Of a DNA stretch of 64,000 bases, positions 55,144 to 64,000 are shown piece after piece. The translations under genes were made by a program, and so were the position numbers. This DNA comes from Eledone cirrhosa. Its lineage: Eukaryota. The stretch lies in contig OZ024740.1 in assembly GCA_964016885.1 (NCBI GenBank), positions 255,254,001 to 255,318,000 on the forward strand, written 5' to 3'. Positions within the stretch are counted from its first letter, which is position 1; each line of letters begins with the position of its first letter. The notes below the pieces were generated by a model. The model was not told the origin of the DNA. It saw nothing but the letters and a program-made list of their open reading frames with translations, and did not search any database.

Positions 55144-56424
55144 ATGGAGCGCCTCCTCTTCCGCTTTTTGTGGAAGGGACGCGCTCCCATGATCAGACGA
55201 TCCATCTGCTGTCAACACCCGTTGCGTGGAGGACTGGGCATGTCATGGCTGATGATGCGGCAAATATGCGCTGAGGCTGCGACATCTCTGGTGCTTCCTT
55301 GAAGGTGAACAGGTGTGGTCGCCGTTCGCCAGGCACGTTTTCCCACAGCTCGTCTCCTTGACGGAACTGCAGTCCTGGGTCAGGAAAAGACCGAGGGATA
55401 GCGCTTGGAAACTGGAATGTCTCCAGGCACTCATTGCCATCTGCAGCTGGGCACCAGTATCGGTTGAACATCCACCTCGGCGTTCTACAGAGGACTAGTG
55501 GAGGGGAAGAGCGACGACGTTCTCGGAGAGATCCTGGGCGTCGAAGAAGATCAGCTGTTTGCTCTCTTCCGGATAACTTTCAGCCCAGGGCCTATGGATA
55601 ACTTCCAGAAATCCCTGGCCTGGCAATGCTACCGGGGAGCTTTGCCGGTTCGAGATAAGCTCTACAGGCACGGAAGTGCCGTCAGCCGAGCCTGTCCGAG
55701 ATGCGCGCAGAGCGACGAAACCGTCGTGCACGCACTCCTTCAGTGCCCGAGCATTGCTGACTTGTGGAGCTATGTCGAAGAGTTGTTGTCGCATGTAGGA
55801 CCGATCCGGTTATCGACTGAGTCCATTGTGCAGATGGTCTCGCCGTCTTCCTTCGAGGAGGAAAGGCAGACGGTTTTCATCTGCCTGGTGGCCATGGCGA
55901 AAAAGATTTTGTTGTGGACAAGGTTGAAAGGGTTAAAGACAGACACTTTCCTCTTCGGCGAATCCCTGATTAACTTTTTCAAGTTTCACTTGAAGAGGAA
56001 AATCAGGATGGAAAGGCAAGTGCTGCCTTCTAGCAAGTTTGTTGAAAGGTCGGTGAATGTAGCGAGAATGGTCCGCGTGAACGGGACCGCTCTGAATATA
56101 CGCTTGTAGTTTGAAGAATGGGAAAAAATTGAGAGAGGGCGCTTGCCCTGGTGGTCAGGATGGCCGTGGTCTTTTGTGTGGTTTTCGCCACGTGTAATCC
56201 TTGGAGGTTTCCCCCCTATTGGGGAATTTTTCATTGTTTCAATTTTCATTTTTATTGTTTATATATATATGTTTCTATGTCTTTTTTTTCTTTTCTTATA
56301 TAAATAATAAAAATCTTTACACGCACAAAACCCACATCGTACCGTCCTGTGCCGTCTGTAATGTTTTTCTTGATGTCAGCCTTGTGGCCAATAAAGAAAT
56401 CATTATTATTAGTATTATTATTAT
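55144..56424 (+). mobile_element. L1/Tx1 3' fragment with (ATT)n tail
   Basis: ORF 55498-56109: LAWQCYRGALPVRDKL..CPRC..ETVVHALLQCP; ends GTGGCCAATAAAGAAA. Confidence 0.92.
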
Positions 56425-56929
56425 AAAACTCCGGTTAAACATATACCGTCGAGTGTTAGACATCCATTATATATAAGTCAGCTGATTCTAAATCAACTAA
56501 CTCTTTTTCATTGAACAAATATATATATATATGTATATATATATATACCACCTTCTATCACGTTCTCTTTTTGTCTCTATATATACTGCTCTCTCGATTT
56601 CATCATTCTTTTCACATTCTTTATGCATCTAACCAAGACATTTATTCACGGAGTATCGTTCTATAACTAATTTGAACTTAGTTTAGTCTATGGCCAATGT
56701 CTACATGAAATAAATAGAAAAACTGGGTCTGAAGTATATCTAGATAGGCGAAGGTATGGCTGCGTGATTAAAGAGTTCGAAAAAAATAAAGGGAGAAGGA
56801 AACAGTAATTTTGAAATAAAACTATCCTTAATAATTTAAATAAGATTAATTGAAAAGGGAAAACTGCAGTAGCACAATTAGATCTAGAGAAATACACAAA
56901 CCAGGTAATCACTTCATCTGGAATAATTA

Positions 56930-57190
56930 ACCCCTAATTTGCGTGCCACATTCTTCCTCACAATAGGTACAGACTTATCTAATATCTTCTTACTTATTCG
57001 TCCTATATCAGATGTGGCTGGGGTAATAATTCTGATAGAGGGATTATTATTAAGGTCAGTTTTATGGTCTTCTAAAATAAACCTTGGGGTTCTAGGTCTA
57101 TATGGTTCTAACTTTTTTTAAATATTTTCTTTGTTAATATTGTAATTTGAAAGTTTTCCATCTTTTCTCTTTTCATTCTCTTGCATGTTG
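56930..57190 (-). pseudogene. Old PLE RT N-terminal remnant
   Basis: FILEDHKTDLNNNPSIRIITPATSDIGRISKKILDK. Confidence 0.7.
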
Positions 57191-57817
57191 AAACATATGT
57201 AAGACAAATAAAATATCTTAAATGTGTCCATCTTCTTTATCAACCCATTATTAATTAAGTTCTCATTCATGAAAATGTCGGATTTGTTTACTCAATGTTT
57301 AATTTTTATACACTATGGATTGTTTCTCTGATGATTTGATGCGTTTTTTACTGAGTGTTAAACCACAACAAGCGTGCAATTTTATTGGCATAACTTGATT
57401 CACCTGTGTGGTTTACCTGTACATTCATGTGCCTGTGCTTATGTTTACGACTGTCTTTATTTACATTCCGTAATTTATCGGCTCAGTAAAACAAATCGAT
57501 AAAATAAATACAAGACTTGAAAAATATGTACTGGTAACGATATGATCGACTAAAGCATGGCGGTGCTGCAGCATGGCCACAATCAAATGGCAGGAAGTAG
57601 TGTGTAAATAAATATTAGTAACATTTCTGGGAGTTTTAGATTTTTCTGTGACTTTTCGCTTCTGTAGCCGATGTTGAAAGAAACAGGTTTACACGAAGTC
57701 ATGCTATAAATTGCAGTTACCACGAGAGGTTGCGTTGAATCTCTCGAGAATTACGTTTATGGTATAAGTATTTGTAGAATGCTCAGCCAATTGTACGTTA
57801 ACTATATGAAGAATATA

Positions 57818-57964
57818 ATTGTTTCTACTTTAGGCACAAGGCCAGCAATTACCCAGTGCATTACTGGTACTTTATTTTATCGACCCCGTAAGGATGAAAG
57901 GCAAAGTCAACCTCGGCGGGATTTGAACTCAGATCGTAAAGGGACGTAACTATACTGGAAAGCA
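57818..57964 (-). mobile_element. SINE family 1 (5'-truncated)
   Basis: Family match; ATATAAT on both sides. Further fragments at 5463-5515 and 60425-60520. Confidence 0.88.
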
Positions 57965-58029
57965 TATAATGAAACACAGAACAAAGTGATTGTGATTTAG
58001 TTGATATATGTTTCACGAGGATTAAAGAA

Positions 58030-60135
58030 ATTGGGATTATCACTCCCAATTGCCATTGCAGAGATCCAGAGATCCAGGTCACATGACACACACGAGTCAG
58101 CCAGAGAATACCTTCTCTATTTAAGGCTTTTAACATCTCGGATCGGATTTCTTCTTCCCCAGTGGCCTAGCTTTATTTGAGCTCTTTGACTGCTCTTGTA
58201 ACCTCAGCCACTGAGAGATTAGTCACTGCTCCCAGATACACCTCGAGTAAATCCGAAGATGCTGTTGTCATCGGGTTTAGGAGAACCCCAGAAGCGTTCT
58301 TGATAGCAGGTGTGGATGACGAAGTCGGCGGAACACTTTATTTGCTGCTATAAAGTCGGATTCCAGCTTAACCTCAAAGTCCTCCCATGTCTTAACTTTG
58401 GACGCCTTTACTGTCTCTGCTGCGATTCTTCGTGCTTGATTGTACCGCAAGTGCAAGAAGGAGGAATTATTTCCAAGCTATTATTTTTAAGCTTCCTTCT
58501 TTCTTTGGATTGCATCTTTGACCCCTTGATTGAACCATGGGGTCCTCCTGCCATCCGGCGCCACATCAAGCCTCTTTCACCCGAAACATTCAACGTCCTC
58601 AGATTTTTCAGGGAGTTTTTTGAATTTGGATACAATAGTATCTGCATACCTGGTCGTGACTTGCTTATCCACCAATGCTTCCCACTTTATCCTGGAGGTC
58701 TCCCTGGGCCTGTCAGTTTTGTGGGCTTCTTTGGCTTTAGGTAGACGCAAATTGCAGGTAACTAGATGGTGATCAGTTGACAGCTCAGACACTCTCTTAA
58801 CATGAGCATCTAACACAGAATGAAAGAGATCAGAGACAATAACACAATCAATTATTGATCTCTGTCCATGATTCCTCTAATACTATGTATATTTACGGAT
58901 GTCTCTGAGCTGAAAGAAGGTGTTCATAATAGAGAGTCCATTGCTAGAGCAGGGAAACAAGAGTCGAATTACAGAGGGGTCTTTTCGTTAAGCTTCCCCG
59001 GTAAAATCTATGTTAAGTGTCTGGAAAAGACATGCAGGAAGATTGTCGAGTTCAAGCTAACTGATGAACAGTGCGGTTTTCGCCCCGGAAGCAGCACAAC
59101 CGACCAAATATTCACACTGTGACAGGTCTTCGAGAAATCATGGAAGTATTGCCAAGAGGTATATTCTTGTTTTATCGACCTTGGAATAGCATATGACCCC
59201 TGTGGAAGGTCGTGCAGGAGTATAGTATCGATTGTCAGCTTCTTGTTGCTCTGATGTCTCTATACGAATGCCCGAGTATTTTGGTTCGTATAAATGGTGT
59301 TAAATCGAAACCATTCAAAGTGGGAGTTGGACTCCACCAAGGGTGCGTACTGTCACCTCTCCTGTTCATTATGTTTATGAACAGGATTGACATGTTCAGC
59401 CGGGTTGGAAGTGGTATCATGACTGGTGAAAGTAAAATCAGACGGCTGGATTTTGCAGACAACATAGTGTTACTTAACTCGACAGGTAATCTACGACTTG
59501 CACTCGATATGCTTGTTGCCGAGTGTTGCTGAGACACTCGTCCTCTCAACGAAGTCTGCGCAGTGTATATTACATGTGAATGGAGTTCCACTGAGGCAGG
59601 TAGAGAGGTTCAAGTATCTCGGGGCTGTGTTCATGAGTGATGGAAGGCAGGAGGCTGAATTAAGTGCAAGAATTGCAGGAGCTGGTGCAGTGATGCGCCA
59701 GCTTCAGTATTCAGTAATGAGAAGAAGGGAGGTAGGCGTAAAAGCCAAATTCGCAATCTTCAATTCGGTATTCGTGCCAACCCGTACCTATGGTCATGAA
59801 TCTTGGGTAATGACCGAAATGGGATTCCTCCGAAGGGTCTTTGGAGTAATGTTACTCGATAGAGTTCGTATCCAGGTAGAGCCGCTAGTTCTCCAAGTTG
59901 AGAGATCACAGCCCAGATACTATGGGTATGTGATTAGAATGTCCCAGAAAAGAATCGCTGGACAGATTTTAAGGGCAAAACCAACCAGCAGGAGACCCAG
60001 GGCTTGGCTGGTCTCGCTTGGGGATCCAGTCGGATCAGTTGGAGACTGTTGCTTCTGACAGGACCTGCTGGAAGGAGTGTTTGAGGACTGCCTCCACGAC
60101 CCTCTCTGGAATGAGTAGGCGAAGAAGAAGAAAAA
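58030..60135 (+). mobile_element. RTE-type LINE with inverted 5' segment
   Basis: 58868-58030(-): APE end STDHHLV through EMLKAL..GVIIPI. 58950-60135(+): NYRG..PGKIY, EQCGFRPG, GLHQGCVLSPLLF, FADN, FKYLG, (GAA)n tail. Confidence 0.9.
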
Positions 60136-61320
60136 GAGAAGATGATTAAAGAAAATATGGAAGACAATTATTGTAATTGATTTAAATAAGTGTAAAATGA
60201 AATACAGCGATGGTCAGAGTGACAAGAAGAGAAGGTTCAGGAAAATGGAGGATTCAAGTATCTTTACATAGATTGTTTTAATTAAGAATTTATTAAATTA
60301 ATTGTTTTACTATAAACTACGTCATTTTTGACAGGTACTAAGCAACTAATAAATATATCATCTCTACATAACTCACATTTTTGCCAATGAAAGCACTTAA
60401 AAATCATTATTATAATACACTTTGCAGCATAGAGTTATGGTCCTTTACGTTCGGATTTCAAATCCCGCCGAGTAATGCACTGGGGTAATTACTGGTCTTT
60501 TGCCAAAAGTAGAAACAATTATAATACAGATGCTTATGAAGGAGCATGGCTTAGTGATGAAAATGAGTTGTATCTGTAATTCCAAATGGTCAGCCTTGTC
60601 ACACATTCTATGATAGTGGTACTGATGAATTTATCTGTCATAATGATGCTAGTAATGGTGGTAGTGGTAGGGAGATGGTGGCGAAAATATTGGCTAAATA
60701 TTGTTAGTTTAGGAACGCTGTAAAAATGGTCGGTCGCCTATCCCTAAAATTAAGAATTTCTAGTGTTGAGAAACGTGTGAAAATGACGGAAAAGAAGTGA
60801 CAGTCTTTAGATGTGAAAATCTCCTTCAGTTTCTTGTGTTCCTCCCTTTTCGCACCTTAGTTTTCGTCAAGCAGATGAGATTTATCACGTTATAGCAATC
60901 AGTAGCGGCCATTTTAAGTACACATTTCACTCATATGCAACGCACAGACTCTCTCTCCTCTACCTTAGCCATCCTTTCCCTAGATCTCGAGTTTTCTCGC
61001 ATTTTCTCGCACCCCCACGTCGATTTTGTTGACGTAATTATCCGCCTCCTCCTCCTCCTCCTCCTCCTTCTTCTTCTTCTTCTTCTTCTTCTTCTTCTTC
61101 TTCTTCTTCTTCTTCTTCTTCTTCTTCTTCTTCTTCTTCTTCTTCTTCTTCCATACATATCTTTCTCCCGCTCTTCCTCTCTCACCCACTCCCCAGTTAT
61201 ACTCACTGTAAGCTTCACTCTTCTACCCTACCTTTCTGTCTGTCTCTCTCTCTCTTTCGTTTGGTGTCATCTTTTTAATATACATGCACATAGAAGCACA
61301 CACATACATTAAATATGTAT

Positions 61321-61893
<573 letters not shown>

Positions 61894-62562
61894 CCGACAT
61901 ACGACATATGTACATACACGAAACTTACTCATTACACGTTCACTAGTCAATGTGTGGAAGTAAATTGAATTGCTTATCTGCGTATTAACCAATGAGATTG
62001 CTCCATCCCAATTGGCCCATTATGTGAAAGTGGGTCAGTCGTGGTAGTAGTGATGCTGATGTGGTTGATAGTGCTGATGAATATGTTGTTGTTAGTTGTT
62101 GTGACGCTGTTGGTAATAGCGTTGACGTTGATGGTAGTTGTGGTGATGGGTGGGTGGTAGTGGTTTTAGTGGCGGTGTTGCTGATGATGTTCATAGTGTT
62201 GGTGATCATGTTGAGAATGGTGTTATCATTGATGGTTATTGTGGTGGTGGTAAAGGTGGTGTGTGACAGGAGTTACAACGAGACTTCAACGATTTTGTGT
62301 GTCACCTTCAAAAACGAACACCAACCAACAGATCACTTCACACCCACAACGCCAAACACTGAATAAGCGATGCATAATTTATAAACTAGCCACACGTTGC
62401 CCAAAAGCCGAAGTGTCAACAATTAGAACAACAATCAAACCTTATCAACGCTTCGTTTACCCCTCCTCTAATTAAAACGATAATGACACCTTACAAAAGA
62501 ATTTTCATCAGGTTTTTAAAGACTCGTTTCAGCAAACCTAACGATTTTTTATGTACGAGGTA

Positions 62563-62672
<110 letters not shown>

Positions 62673-63824
62673 ATGAACCGCCGTTAGCACTGAAAAGACT
62701 AACATTTTTTCCTTGGTCCACTATGGCGCTTGGCTCCTTTCTTCTATCAGGAGTTGACTCACGTGTAGTATCACCACTGAAAAAACCCATGGAAACATTG
62801 TTTCCTTGGTCCGATATGACGATCGGCTCCTTTCTTTTTTACTTCTTTGAAGCCAGTGCTTATGACTTTTTTCAGGGCTTCGGTGACTAGTGTGTATATG
62901 TGTGGTGGGGTTAGAAGTTATCATTAAACTAGAGACCGGACCCAAATACTTCAACAGGTTATGGTATTTAAATAGGTGACAGATTAAATTTAATTCTGAC
63001 GTAAGTTACAACACGATTTTGAACTCAGAATGCAATGGCATATTGTCTGACACTCTAAGAATTCCGCACTGCTTCTTCATTTTATCGACTCCAAGAAAGG
63101 ATAGAATTTAAAGTTGACACGGGATGATTTAAAATCAACACAGGGAGCCGGGACAAATATCACAAAATACAACGTTTAATACATTGTCCAGCATGAGTTC
63201 CTTTGAAGGCAACGTTTTAAAATATCACCAACAGATTAAATATGTCAGTGTCAGGTTATACAGCAAGTACCAAGGGTGCAGAGTCTGCTTCCTGTTTCCT
63301 CATCCCATTCATTTTTCTCCACCTCATTTTTTCTCCCCTCTTCCCCTCTTTAATATATACAGTGGAATATGACATTTCGTATCAATAAAAACGTATATTC
63401 CAATTTTCTTTGTAAGAGATAGCAGAAAAGATGAACAATAATTTCAATGACAACGATGATGATGATGGTGATGGTGATGTTGATGGTGATGGAGGTGATG
63501 GTGATATTGATGGTGATGGTGAGGATGTTGATGGTGATGTTGATGATGGTGATGGTGATGTTGATGATGATGGTGATGATGTTGATGGAGGTGATGGTGA
63601 TATTGATGGTAATGGTGATGATGTTGATGGTGATGTTGATGATGGTGATGTTGATGATGATGATGTAGATGGTGATGGTGATGATGGTGATGGTGATGAT
63701 GGTGATGGTGATGATGACATTGGTGATGATGATGATGAGAATATTTAGCTTCGTGACATCGTACTCCATGATCACCAATGTTGCTAATTCATCAACAACA
63801 GCCAATACCACCAACAGCAACACC

Positions 63825-63856
<32 letters not shown>

Positions 63857-64000
63857 CACCACCAACAACACCACCACCACCAACAGCAACACCACCACCA
63901 ACACCACCACCACCAACACCACCACCACCAACACCACCACCACCAACAGCAACACCACCACCAACACCACCACCACCAATACCACCACCAACAACAACAA

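Overview
AT-rich animal genomic DNA made almost entirely of microsatellites and nested transposable-element debris. The SINE families and repeat style suggest an octopod cephalopod, which is an inference. No intact host gene is evident; there are only two weak exon candidates. Recognisable elements: four L1/Tx1-clade LINE pieces, R4/Dong- and CRE-type REL LINEs, RTE-type LINEs, two tRNA-derived SINE families, Helitron-type ends, small MITEs and many Penelope-like element (PLE) fragments. The main unexplained structure lies between the (TA)n tracts. Many of these segments are foldback or head-to-tail units carrying type I hammerhead ribozyme (HHR) folds. By eye I count about 30 copies in about 12 unrelated sequence families, including fixed core variants and long helix II insertions. 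Four units (about 428, 602, 633 and 705 bp) have no coding body and are inserted as one monomer plus a partial repeat. That pattern is expected for reverse-transcribed self-cleaving circular RNAs (retrozyme-like elements) mobilised by PLEs. Almost all ORFs in the supplied track are microsatellite artefacts. All folds, counts and clade assignments were made by eye and need computational confirmation.
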